In this document: positions 14,232 to 31,628 of the stretch, piece by piece
How positions within the stretch are numbered: the first letter of the stretch is position 1
How the letters are laid out: the number at the start of each line of letters is the position of its first letter
Assembly (NCBI RefSeq): GCF_009914755.1
Contig: NC_060936.1
Direction: 5' to 3' (one strand)
Length of the DNA stretch: 64,000 nucleotides
Source of the DNA: the human T2T-CHM13v2.0 reference genome, Homo sapiens
Translations under genes and position numbers: made by a program
Notes under the pieces: generated by a model
The model's database searches: none
Told to the model about the DNA's origin: nothing
What the model saw: only the letters and a program-made list of their open reading frames with translations

Positions 14232-14732
14232 TGCTCCAGCACTTTATGTTTGTAAATTCATGGAGTCCTTGCGGCCACTGTGGGAATGGAGAGGGGTCAT
14301 TATTTTCATTTCACAGCCGAGTGTCACATGGCCCAGATTGTCAGCCAGGACGTGGCCCAGCTGGGACTTGAACCCGGGAGGTCTGGCTCTGGGGCTGACT
14401 GTTAGTCTGCAGCCCTGTGTATTGCAGTGTAGACAGGAGGCTCAGCGCCTGCCCGGGCCAGGCAGCCACAGTCTGGAGACTGTGGCTGAGGGAGCCTCAG
14501 TGTTCTGTAGGGCACCTCGGGGCACCGGACATGCACGCACAGAACCAGGGCTGCAACCCCAGCACCGGCCTCTGTCGGTGGCAGCAACAGACATTTGGGC
14601 TGGGAGGCAGGCTTGGTGGTCAGCACCACACTCACAGGGGACCAGCTGTGCACCCACCTGGGCCCTCTGCAGCTTCAGGCTCCGATGGGGTGCCTGGGCC
14701 TGCTGCTGACGCCTCTGCTCTGCTCCCCGCAG

Positions 14733-14836
14733 CTTGCACGCGGACACCAGGTGGCGCTGTCGTCTATCAGCTATGTGGGCTGCTCCCTCTCCGTGCTCTG
14801 CCTGGTGGCCACGCTGGTCACCTTCGCCGTGCTGTC
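14733..14836 (+). CDS. ADGRD1: ADGRD1 coding exon A (linker + TM1): [34 protein letters not shown](S)
   Basis: Acceptor ctgctccccgcag|CTT, donor TC|gtgagt; 104 nt, phase 0 to 2. Confidence 0.95.
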
Positions 14837-15049
14837 GTGAGTCCCCTTTTCTAATCCACCCAACAGTCTCTCGGCCCCTGCCTGCACCCAGATCTCAAGA
14901 TGGAAGAGACACGGGAGAGGGGAGGGGCTGTGGAGGTAAGAGCACCAGGCTTAGCTGGAAAGGTCTGGAAAGGCCCCCAGCCCAGGCACAGGAATTCTGG
15001 TGGAACCCGAGCCAGGCAAAAGGGGATGGCCATGGGCCTGGGGACACCT

Positions 15050-15965
<916 letters not shown>

Positions 15966-16784
15966 TAAAGCTGCCGCTGCCGCCACCCACTCACACTGCC
16001 TAGCACCAGCTACGCGCGAGGCACCATGACAAGGGCTTGCATCTGTGAAGCCATGTCACCCTCTAACCAGCTGTCATCCTCTCAGCCTACAGATAAAGGA
16101 ATTGGGGCACAGGGCTCACAGTCCTTGGCCAAGCTGACGGCCTGGTGTGGGCAGACCAAGACTCTTATTGGCTGCAGGCTGTGCCCTTCATCAGCTGCTT
16201 GACAGCAAACAGTTGTGCCACCTCTGTTCAGCGAAGCAGACCTGCAGACCTAGATGCCATCTTTCCCTGCCCTTTGCATGGAGTGGGGGGTTCTCTGGGG
16301 CCCTAAGAAGTCTTAGACCTCACAGAAGGCAAAGAGCTGAGACTCTCTGAAGTGACCCAGCAGTGGAATGATGTGGGCTTGTAAGCTAGTTGATGGAAGA
16401 GAAAAACAGAGGGCTGCCTGCTCCATGTGTGGGAGGAAAAAGGGAGCTGGTTCTGGCAGAAGCTCTTAGGAACCCAGCAGGATAAGCCTGTGGTCTTAGG
16501 GTGCAATCAGGATTGGCCAACAGAAGATGAACGCTTTATCCCATGCCTAGCGGGTCAGCAGAGCCTCTCCTCCTCACTGCCCAGCAGAGCCCTTTGTCCC
16601 CATGCATGTCCTGGGGCTGCTGCCTATGGACAGACCCACCTTCATGTGGCAGCAAGCACCTCCCTCACAGGGCACCCCACCTCAGACTCGGGAGCATCTG
16701 AGAAGTTCCTGGATGCACCGTGGAATGGATGGGGTGTGCACTGGCCTCATGTTCTCCTGCTGGACGCTTCTCAGGCTCCGGTGT

Positions 16785-16920
16785 GAAACCTCCCATGAGG
16801 ATTCCTTACAGTGCAGATTTTGGTTTAGGAGCTCTGGGTGGAGCTCAGAATGCTGTATTTCTATCAATCATTCAGGTGATGCTGACGCTGCCTGTTCAAG
16901 TCCATACTGGGGAGCAAGGT
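16785..16920. mobile_element. MER5-like hAT-Charlie DNA transposon fragment
   Basis: tgcagatttt...ctgggtggagctcagaatgctgtatttcta...caggtgatgctgacgctgc resembles the MER5A consensus. Confidence 0.6.
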
Positions 16921-17030
16921 CCCACTGTGTGCTGGCAGCAGGAGGGGAGGCAGGTCTGCAGCAGCTCCAGGTGTCTATAATCCCAGCTGGTGGCCCTAGG
17001 GGACTGGGAGAGCATCTTTCCTCCAGAACC

Positions 17031-17526
17031 CTGTGTCTCAATCCCAGGGAAGGGCTCTGATGGGTCCCGCTTTCCCAGAGACCTGTGTCTGAATCCCAGG
17101 GAAGGGCTCTGATGGGTCCCGCTCTCCCAGAGACCTGTGTCTGAATCCCAGGGAAGGGCTCTGATGGGTCCTGCTTTCCCAGAGACCTGTGTCTGAATCC
17201 CAGCGAAGGGCTCTGATGGGTCCCGCTCTCCCAGAGACCTGTGTCTGAATCCCAGGGAAGGGCTCTGATGGGTCCCGCTCTCCCAGAGACCTGTGGCTAA
17301 ATCCCAGGGAAGGGCTCTGATGGGTCCCGCTCTCCCAGAGACCCGTGTCTAAATCGCAGGGAAGGGCTCTGATGGGTCCTGCTCTCCCAGAGACCCGTGT
17401 CTAAATCCCAGGGAAGGGCTCTGATGGGTCCCGCTCTCCCAGAGACCCGTGTCTGAATCCCAGGGAAGGGCTCTGATGGGTCCCGCTCTCCCAGAGACCT
17501 GGGTCTGAATCCCAGGGAAGGGCTCC
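17031..17526. repeat. 52-bp VNTR, ~9.5 near-identical copies (CTGAATCCCAGGGAAGGGCTCTGATGGGTCCCGCTCTCCCAGAGACCTGTGT)
   Basis: The AATCCCAGGG anchor recurs every 52 bp from 17040 to 17508. Confidence 0.97.
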
Positions 17527-18640
17527 AGTTGGTCCTGTTTGAGTGATATGCCTACAGGGTAAACCTTTGTGCCCAGATGGGAGAGGATGATTGTAATGGT
17601 TGGTCCCACCAGAGCCTCTGGGGTAGGAAGGGGCTGCTCCCCAAGGAAAAGGGGCAGCTGGTCCTGGAAGACACAGGGCCAGGGGTTGCTGAGCCAACAA
17701 AAATAATAGGTATGTCTTATTTTGTATCTAGATATAACAGATCATGATGACAAGAAACACATTTAGTGGCTTGTACATTTCTTCTCTGAGAACTAACTGC
17801 CTTGGGCGTATCTGAAGGACAGAACTTGGAGCGCCAGCAGAGCTGGGTTGTCCTGGGGTCCTTGGTTTGTGTTCCTTCCTGGGCTCTGGTTTCCTGGACC
17901 TTTTATCTAGAGCTAAGGGACACGCCCTGGCTGTTCCCAGCACCTGGACTCACAGGGAGCAGAGGAGTGGAGCCCCAGGAGGATCTGAGGCTGCACTATG
18001 CAGGGCCCAACTCTCTCCGTCCTGGGCACCTGGGGCCTCCAGGCCCCAGGCAAGGAATGGAGAGGTTCCCAAGGCCCTGCCTTTCTGTCCCTGAGCCCTA
18101 TTGAGGGGAAGCCTATGGAGCAGCATGGTCGCCTGAGCCCCTTTCAGTTCTGGGTAACTACAACTTGGAAGCTGCAGTCAATTTAGTTAGAACTAGAAGT
18201 CCCAGCATGTAGGGTTCAGCCACATGGCAGGCGGCAGGCTCCACACCTCTCTGGGAGCCACGTGGCTTCCAAAGTTCCTTGCTCCAGTCCTCACTTGAAG
18301 GGAGGGAAACTCTTCCATAGTCCCTGCCTTAGCCCCAGAATCCACCCTGATTGGACCAGGTGAGTCATGTGCCCATCCCTGAGCCAATCCTGTTGCAAGG
18401 AATGGATAGTTTTGCTGATTGGTTGGGCCTGAGTCCTGTGCCCTCTCCTGAACCAATCACCATCCCTGGGGGCAACATGGTGCTGTAATTGGCTAGCCCT
18501 GAGTCAAGCGCTACACCCAAATCCCTGGGCTTGAGCAACAGGAAGATACCCTGGGAAGAAACATGGTCACATGACCAAAAGACCACCCAGGACATGGATA
18601 CTGGGAGGCTGGGATCATAGCCACGCCCAGGGCCCACCCC
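17500..18640. mobile_element. Old MLT1 (ERVL-MaLR) LTR fragments, probably two elements
   Basis: MLT1-type phrases: ctgattggaccagg...gagtcatgtgcccatccctgagccaatc..., ctgattggttgggcctgagtc...cctgaaccaatcac. Confidence 0.6.
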
Positions 18641-18677
18641 AGAGCTGTCTCACTTCCCATCTCTGGTTAAATCCTAG

Positions 18678-18911
<234 letters not shown>

Positions 18912-19099
18912 TGAAACAGGTGGAAGTGGGGACAGAAGGGGCAGGTGGGGATGGGGGGAGGTGGGAATGGGGTTTGATCGGATGGGACAGGGAAAGTCAG
19001 ATGTGCTTTCATCTTCATATTATCCTTCTTGGTGCCTCCTAGAGACCCAAATAGGAAGGAGAATCCACTGGCTAATCAAAGGCAAAAAGTCCCCATCAC

Positions 19100-23290
<4,191 letters not shown>

Positions 23291-23925
23291 CTCCCCAGTG
23301 ATGTGGCTTCTTTGCTGAGCTTTGCCCTTGCCCATCCCAAGGGGTCCCAGTGAGCACTGGAGGCTCTAGGTTGGGCTGTGCATTGACACTTAGCATTCTC
23401 GCAGTTGTTGTAAAACACTGACCAGACATGAGGGACCTGCTACTTGTTTCAAATACGTTTAATTTTCACAGTCTTTGTTATGCAAGTAGCAGGTAAACAG
23501 GCTTACTTTGTGCTTTGAGTTGGCAAATGTAATTTATCTGAGGATTAAGTGGAGGTAAATTGTGCTCCCCTCGTGGCTCCCTGGGGAGACTGAAGAGGCC
23601 ACTTGGGCAGCCACCTCCAGACTGCGGCTGGTCATGCAGGGAGCTCCCCGAGTCACCACGGACGTCCTCCGTCCTGCCTCACTGCTCATGCTGTATCATC
23701 ACGAGGATGCTTTTGCACACGCTGGTCCTGAGGCCCGTGTCCTCTGCCCTCCCTCCAGGTCACGCATGACCTGCTTCTTCAGGCCTCTGTGACGCCCCAG
23801 AGAGGAGAGCTGCTCCTTCTGATGATATCTGACCTCATCAGGGAGGATTTAGAGGCTGACTGATGGCCAACTATCTAGAGTTTATTATAGTTTCTTTATG
23901 GATACAGTCATGTAATTTAGAGGCA

Positions 23926-23970
23926 TACGTGCATGTGTGCACGCACACACACGCACACACACTCACACTC
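23926..23970. repeat. (CA)n/(TG)n-type simple repeat
   Basis: gtgcatgtgtgcacgcacacacacgcacacacactcacac. Confidence 0.8.
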
Positions 23971-26900
23971 TCCATAAGCCACAGAAAAGACAGCTGGGTG
24001 AACGAAAAGTGTCTGCAGGATTTGTTGCTAGAGTGAGAGCAATGTATGTAGCGGGGCTGTCTGTGTCGCCGATAGGATGGGGTTGGGGTGTGTGTGTTTG
24101 ACAGACAGAGAATCTAAGCCAAACCAATCCAGCCTGGAAGGATGTTTTATTTGATCTGCACAATGCTGGAGGGAAAAAATGAATTATTTGCCAATATTTT
24201 AAGATTGAGGGATTTTACACAAGATTACAAAGTTCTTTTGAAAAATGAGGAGATCCGACGCCCTGAGTTTATATTCCTCCTTGACAACAGTGGCCAGAAC
24301 TGTGTGGTTTCTGATACCAATGCAGCCCCAGTAGGAGACTGAGCTTGTAGTCCCTGACACAGCTCTTGCAAATGGAGCGCTGGCTGGTTCTGTGAGTCCT
24401 GCAACCTCCATCTATCTCCCTGTCAGCTTTCCCTTAATTAATTTCATCAGGAGCCCAAGAACTGTGTCTTTCATTCCAAATGGATTGGAGCTGGCTACAA
24501 GCTGAAGTCGGGGGGGTCTGCAGGCAGTTGGGCTCTCTCGACCTTCAGTTTTTAATTAAGGAGCTGGAGGCCCACCCAGAGCATGGTGGGGGGAGCCCCT
24601 GGGAGGTGGCTTCTTCCTGCAGATTTCATCCTGGCCTTACTCTAGTTTTTGAGCAATATTATTTTTTGGAAACTGAGGTGGGGTGGGGGGGCATCAAATC
24701 CACACCTTACCTTAAGGTGTTGTTGACTGCGAGACTTGTGCTAGGAACTCTGAAGGGAGGGACAGATAACCTCTGTCCTCAAGGAGCCCACAAGGTAGCC
24801 AGGAGGGCAGAGTGACAAGCATTGGAGAGTTTACACATCACTGAAGCAGACAAGAAACTCTGATTGCAAACTCAGAGGTGAAGAGAATGTAACTCGTTTT
24901 ATTTTTCTTTATTGCAACTTAGTTTCTTTTGTGAGCTCCTGTTCCTCTAGGGACAAAACTTAATCTTAGTTCCAGGCCCCCCCTTTCTCTGAAGCTGCAC
25001 TTTCATTCCAGAGAGATTGCGTAATGCCATGATCACAGGAGGGGGATCCGTCAGGGTAGGCGGGCAAGGCTGCAATAACAAACAGCTTCCATCCCTCTTT
25101 GGTTTTAAAGAACAAACGTCATTTTCCTATGCACGCTACATGTCCATGGTGGCCCGTGGTGGTGGACAGTGAAGAGCCCAGGCTGACGGAGAAGGCACCG
25201 CCTCGAGCTGTGTGAGGGAAGGGGTCAGAGAGGACACTGCACTGGAAATCATGTGCTCAGCCCATAAGACACATGTCCCTTCTGTACACAACTCAGTGCC
25301 CAGAACCAGCCCCGTGGCCTCAAGAGCCCCGAGGGGCAGGGGTGTGGACCTCCCCTGTGCCCGCGTGTGGGGCATCTGGAAATAGGTGGCACCAGTGACT
25401 TCCACAGTTCCCTGGTATTGTCTCCCTCCACCCCATCTGTCGAGACCCCTTGCCCATGTGCCCATCCTCCCAGGCCTTCGCTTCACCCACCTCGGTTAAT
25501 CTTCATAACCCATGCTCCTCACCTGCCCCTCAATCTTAGGGGGCAGATGCCAAGGACAGCACCGGTCTGGTCCCTCTGAAGGTCACCGTGTTGCAAAGAG
25601 GAGCACCCAAAGTAAATGTCTCTGATGACAGGGCCAGAGGGACTTCACATTGTCCGCAGAAGCATGTTCCAGGTCTGCCCAGGTTACCGTGTGAGAGTTT
25701 CAGATGACAGCAGTGGTGGGAAAGGGGTGAGGTCTGAGCTGGTTGATGATACAGATTATTGCAAGATCAGCTTCATCATCGAGGGGCTCATCATTCATAG
25801 ACAGCTCATGTCATCCTCACAGCCTAGTGAGGAAGGCAACTCATTACGTTCCCATGGTCTGAGCACAGAATTTCGGCTGGTTCCTTGTAGATGCACAGCT
25901 GGTCCCGGGCAGCCCCAGGAATAGAACGAGGTGTCTTCTGGCCCCAAAGCCCACGCTCTTCCCACTCACTGTCTTCTCCATCTTACTGCCCCTCTCCTTA
26001 TCCTCCCACTTAGGAATGTTTTCTTCTTAAAAAGCCCCACAAACGCACTCACCCAGACTTCATAGCTCCTGCAGCTCATTTTGGAGAAAGCAGACAGTGG
26101 GCCCCACCCTGTTCTCAGACCCTTTGTCCTTACCCATGGCTTGGCCTCTGCTGGACACAGGGGTAGATGCAGGGGAAGAAATGGCAGAGGAGCTCACATA
26201 GGGAAACTCAAAGTGACAGGATGACAAAGGCCCACAGTCACTGCTGGGCCCCAACTGTGCGCCTCTTCCACAGAGGCTGCCTGGTCTCCTTCTGGACAAC
26301 TTTATTGCCCAGACATTCTGCAATGCATTTAAGTCCTTTTGACATTTAAAACCAAGTATTTCAGAGACAAGACTGTCCAGGAAATGTCTTTCCAGGGTAA
26401 TTAACTTGAAACCCAAACCCTGATGTTTGGAAGGGCAGGCACGGCGTGTACTCTGCCCCCAGAGGGCACTGGAGGGCTGCGGCCTGGAGGCGGTCGGGTG
26501 GGTGCCAGGAGCCACCTTCCCTCCTCCTCCTTCCTCTGGAGCAGAAATCTCCCAGAACCTGTGTGACTTCAGCTACGGAGGCAGAGAGCCACATGCTCTT
26601 CGTGCACTTCCATCCCCCACCCTGCTATCCCAGGGATCCGAGATGTGCCAGGAGCTGTGTCTCTTGAGCATCCTCCTGGGGAAAAGGTTCAGGTGTGGAG
26701 TAAGGAGCTGGTCCTTTGCAGTCTCTCATCTCTCTCCCATCCTTCCCTGCAGAGGGAGCAGAGGACAGAGGCTGCTGTGCTCAGGGTGGCTGCACTAGAG
26801 CAGGCCCCGTGGATGATGCCCCACTTTCTGAATAACGAGAAGTGTGTTCTTTTCAGAAACAGATTCCCATTCGTGCAGGATCTGTTTCAAAGCTCACACG

Positions 26901-27234
26901 TGCATGTGGAAGCAGAGCCATGTTTCCAGACAAATTCCGTGGATGGCTGAGCTTGAGGAGTGTTGCAATGCGATCTTCCTTTTGGAGAGTCATAAGACAC
27001 ATTAGCATACAAAACCTCTGCACTTTAAAAGTGAAAGTAGAGGCCAGTTCAGATTTGGGTTAGGTCAATTCCTACAAGTAGTGTGGCCATAGAGTGTTTT
27101 CGTTGCAGAATGATGAAGCTCTGGGGACTGCTGTGATCCAGATGCTTTCTACCTCATTCGTGGGCCTCCCTTCTATCACCACCCCCAAAGTCTCACTTGG
27201 CTTTGTCAAATATTAAACACATTTAATTTGTCAC

Positions 27235-27760
27235 ACTCAGTTTCAAGTAATAGAAATCCAACTTGAACTGGCTAAGGCAAAAAGGGAATGTGATGGCTCA
27301 TATAACAAAAAAGTTCTAAGATGCTGGACTTCAGATATGGCTTGATCCATGAGCTTAAGTAATATAATCAAGATTTTGTTTTCTTTTTCCGTCTCTCAGA
27401 TCTGATCTCTTGTGGTGCCAAAATGGCTGCCTGGACCCCAAGCTCACTGACATCCTTATCCTCTTAGGGGCTCCGTAGAAAAGAGAGTTTCTTCTCAGCA
27501 GTTTCGAAGAAAGCCCTTGATTGAGTCTCATTGGGCCAGCCAGGGTCACATGCCCATCTTTGAACCAATAGCTGTGGCTGGGGGATTTGATGTTCCAGTC
27601 AGCCAGTCCTGGGTCACATGCCTCAGACCCAGGAAGGAACCAGCCCACCTGGACCTCATGGAAAGATGGAGTGTGATAGGTTCCCTAAGGAAATTATGGG
27701 CTCAAATACTGTAAGAATGTGGACTGTGTGCATGGCAAAGTCAGCCATGTCCGATGTCCC
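27235..27760. mobile_element. MLT1 (J/K-like) MaLR LTR
   Basis: tttcaagtaatagaaatccaacttgaactggctaaggcaaaaagggaat...tctcattgggccagccagggtcacatgcccatctttgaaccaat. Confidence 0.7.
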
Positions 27761-27804
27761 CTCAGTCCCAGCTGATCTCACACCTTTCCACCGCCGCTCT
27801 AGAA

Positions 27805-27999
27805 CAGGGCTTCTCAACCAACACTATGGATACTTGGGCTGGGTGACTCTTGTGGGGCAGTCTTGTGCATTGTAGGGTGTTTAACAGAAGCCCTGGCCTC
27901 TGCCTGCCTGATTCCATCCCGTTATGACAACCCTAGATGACTTAAGCCATTGCCAGTTGTCTCTTGTGGGGCCACCTTGGCCCTGGTTGAGAACCACAG
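27805..27999. mobile_element. MER20 hAT-Charlie MITE with TIRs and 8-bp TSD
   Basis: TIRs CAGGGCTTCTCAACC ... GGTTGAGAACCACAG, flanked by CTCTAGAA and GTCTAGAT (the NTCTAGAN Charlie target). Confidence 0.85.
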
Positions 28000-28333
28000 G
28001 TCTAGATAGACCAAGCTGAGCTTACCTTCCTGCCAGTCACAATGCCACATCTCACCCACATGGTTTGTTTTGATGAAGACTCATACACTTTGTTGTCTAG
28101 TACAGAAGTGTGAACATGTGAGTATGAGTGTGTGTGTGTTATTCCTTTGTTTAGACTAAAAGTTCTTTGAGGATAGGGGCTGTTCTGTGTCCCAACAATT
28201 AGCACATAGTTCCCCCTCTGTATACATGTATGAGGTGTACAAGGAATGAAGAAAGGAAGGGAGGGATGGGGGAGGCGGGAGGGAGGGAAGAAAACTGGAG
28301 CAAGTGAACATGATATTCTCCAATCTTCTGCAG

Positions 28334-28400
28334 GTTTTCCTCTTCTGATCTGCATCATTTCACTGTCATTTGCCATGGACAGTTACGGAACAAGCAACAA
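28334..28400 (+). CDS. ADGRD1: ADGRD1 coding exon D (TM4 + ECL2): (G)FPLLICIISLSFAMDSYGTSN(N)
   Basis: Acceptor tcttctgcag|GT, donor AA|gtaagt; 67 nt, phase 1 to 2. Not visible in the ORF track; found by reading the sequence. Confidence 0.93.
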
Positions 28401-30795
28401 GTAAGTGCAGGGCTTTGCCTTGCTTTTGGCAGGCGTTCCATGGAACAGCTTGTGGCGAGAGCCCCGTGGCTCTTGCCTTCCTGTGCTCTTCTGGGTGCAG
28501 GGGTGCTGTGCAAAGCTGGCTCCCACAGGCCCAGCCAGTGAGAAAGTCGTGGTCCAGGGAGAGGGAGAAACAACCCAGCTGTGCTCTGGACATTTTGGGG
28601 CCTCGGAACTAGCAACAAAGACCACAGAGCGCCTCCAGGAATAGCAGGGGGCCTGCTAGGAGTTTCTGCTTGGAAATGTTTCACCCACGTGGTCTTCTCA
28701 GACACAGTTCTGGTCATCCACGGAGGCTGAATTGTGGCCCTTTCACCCTTTCTTGGGGTGGCCAGCAAGCGCACTGTGCAGACCGTGTGCCCAGTAACTC
28801 ACAGGGAGCAGACACATGCATGTTGGAGTAAGTGGGGCCTGCTGTGCACCAGGCAGGTGGTCTTGAGGGTCCCATTGCTTGGGTAGTAGGGGATGGACCT
28901 TATGATGTCCAGTATCTCCTGTTGCCACTTGAAATGCAGCTCATGGGTCCACAGTTGTGTCAGGAAGAGGATGGGATGGTGCTGAGGGACCAGATCAGCT
29001 GTTCACGTTCCAGAAAGATGATTTTCTTTCCTTACAAGTAAAAGAGCTTTCACTCAAATGTTTCTTGGAAGCTGCTACCTGTTCTAGCCACGCTGAGAAA
29101 CCACTGAGTGAAAACATGGAAAATAAATATTGACGGTGCTTACAAACAGAAAGGAAGTTGAGCATTTTCACAGCTTCAGAATGAGATAATAGTACAGACG
29201 AATAGTGAAACTGGGAGAAATCCAGCCTTTTCCACGTTGGTGCAGGTTCCCTGAAGGCGAAGCATTTGTAGAAGGCAGTGTCTGAGCGCACAGTGAAACA
29301 AGCATGGTTACGCAGACCACTGTTCTGGCCTTCCTTTCATTCTGGATGCTGTTAGAAGTTGAGGGACTAATTAGAAGAAGAATGTTCTCCTCAAACACAG
29401 CTCAATGGCATTTGTTCCCTTTTATCCCATCTGGAGCTTGGGGATGCTGGACCCACAGTCCTGAGTCCCGGGGTCTGACCGTAATACAAGCCTTTTCCCA
29501 CACTCATGCCCGAAAGCCAGGCAGCACCAGCCAGGTTCAGGAAGCTCACCAGGTTTCTGAACAGGATAGAGTATCTACCAGAAGCCCCTCGTCGACTTAA
29601 AATTCTGCATGAAGTGCTGGAAAGCACAATCTCTCTCTTTGCAGAAGCATCCTACTCTCCGGAGAGCCTGGTTTGAATCGCACCTTTGCAGAGGTACCAT
29701 TCAGACTTGCAGTGCATTTTCCTTTTAAACAGTGCATCCTCAGATGAGAGGTTTCTCCTCTCCGTGCTCTGGGTGTGCAGCCATGAATGAGCCTCTTGCA
29801 GGTGCTGTCTCTTGTTTTGGGGCATTTGCCATCTCCTGGTCCGGGAGGCTTTGGGGAGGAATGGGGGCAGGGAGGCAGTGTGCTGACAGTGATCTCTGAA
29901 GTCACCTGAGCTATTTAGGGCTCAGATTCCTCATCTGCAGGATTGGAGTGATCATAGCGCCCACCTCAGGGGCAGCATAGGATTAAATGAGATGATGGAG
30001 TTTGTTGTGCTGTGGGGCAGACCTGCTGCTCAGTGAGCAGTCCCGGAGGGATGAAATAAGCCAGCCCCGGGGAGACACCACATTGGGTGCCAGTGAGGAC
30101 TGCGCCACGCACCTGCCCAGATCCAATTAAAGGCACTCCAGGTCCTTGGGAAACAGTGTCCAGGAGTCAAGATGAGAGGTCCTAGGGACTCTTCGGCTCT
30201 TGACAGTGCCGTAGGCTCTGGAGATAAAATTGTGGAGGAGCTGGCTTTTTTTTGCCCGAGTTCTTGGGGTCACTTCTCAGAGGCCAGATCCTCAAACTGG
30301 ACCCTCCTCTCAGGACATCAGAGCAATCACTAGGACCCTCTGGAACCTTTCCTCTCAGTTGGAGGGCACGGAGAGAGGGGAACTGACCTCGAGCTTTGGG
30401 CATATGGGAATGGTCAGGTGCTGCATCGCTGACGACTCATCAGGATGGGAATCCCTCACAGAAGGCCCCTATTGGGTCATACTTGAAGTGCTCTGCAGGA
30501 AAGCCAGTCCCCAGCAAAGGTCTATTTCCTAATGAAATTGAAATCTATTCTGGATTTTGGCTAAACTCTCCAGAGGTTGCTGTCCTGGTCTTCAAACCTG
30601 GAAAATCCTTTCCAAGAATGAGACGTGGGATCATCATGGATAAAAATACATTTGCAGGGATTAGGAATGTTGTATGACTGCCCCAGGTGGACCCTGTAGC
30701 TGAGAAAGACATCACCTTAGCAACTACTTTTGGATGAAGGTACGCTGGCAGGTGGAACGAGGTTGTTGAAGTAACGGCTCTGCTTCCCTCCGCAG

Positions 30796-30862
30796 TTGCT
30801 GGCTGTCGTTGGCGAGTGGCGCCATCTGGGCCTTTGTAGCCCCTGCCCTGTTTGTCATCGTG
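30796..30862 (+). CDS. ADGRD1: ADGRD1 coding exon E (ECL2 + TM5 start): (N)CWLSLASGAIWAFVAPALFVIV
   Basis: Acceptor cttccctccgcag|T, donor GTG|gtacgt; 67 nt, phase 2 to 0; CWL motif. Confidence 0.94.
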
Positions 30863-31320
30863 GTACGTTTCCTACCCTTGTGGGCGCAGAGCGGGGCTGG
30901 GGAGGGGCAGGAGGAGAGGGTGTGGGGCTCTGGAGATGGCGGGGGGCTCCCTGAGGAGCTTCCGAAGGATGCAGCGTCGTTCCTCGGTCACTCCTCGCTA
31001 GGGCTCCTCTGGGCCAGTGACTGAGGGTCTTATTTCCCGGAATGCTCAGGAAGGCGGTGCTTTCCAGGCGGGTCCACTCGAGGCCCCAGGGCTCTTCCAG
31101 TCGAGGCGGCAGGTGCAGGCACACAGCCCTGAGAACAGCACAGGCGCGGGCTCGTCCTTCCCCATCCTCCGGTGCCTTCTCACCCACCGGCTAGCTCCTT
31201 GCTCAGGAGTCACCAGGACTCCAAGGCTGCAGAGGGGAATCTCAGCAGAAGCCTCCTGGGAACCACACATAACAGTTACAGTTACAGTGGTTTGCAAGTG
31301 ACAGAAAACCCAACTCAGAG

Positions 31321-31628
31321 TTTTTTGTTGTTGTTTTTGTTATTGTTTTTTTGAGACGGAGTCTCACTTTGTCTCCCAGGCTGGAGTGCAGTGGTGCGAT
31401 CTCACTGCAACCTCTGCCTCCTGGGTTCAGGCGATTCTCCTGCCTCACTCTCCCAAGTAGCTGGGATTACAGCCATGCGCCACCACGCCCAGCTAATTTT
31501 GTATTTTTAGTAGAGACGGGGTTTCACCGTGTTGGCCAGGCTGGTCTCGAACTCCTGACCTCAGGTGATCTGCCCTCCTCTGTCTCCCAAAGTGCTGGGA
31601 TTACAGGCGTGAGCCACTGTGCCTGGCC
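31321..31628 (-). mobile_element. AluS with (TTG)n-modified tail, inserted into an MLT1 LTR remnant (~31285-31900)
   Basis: Full Alu; TSD CCAACTCAG(A/T)GTTT on both sides; the flank ttgcaagtgacagaaaacccaact is MLT1-like. Confidence 0.93.
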
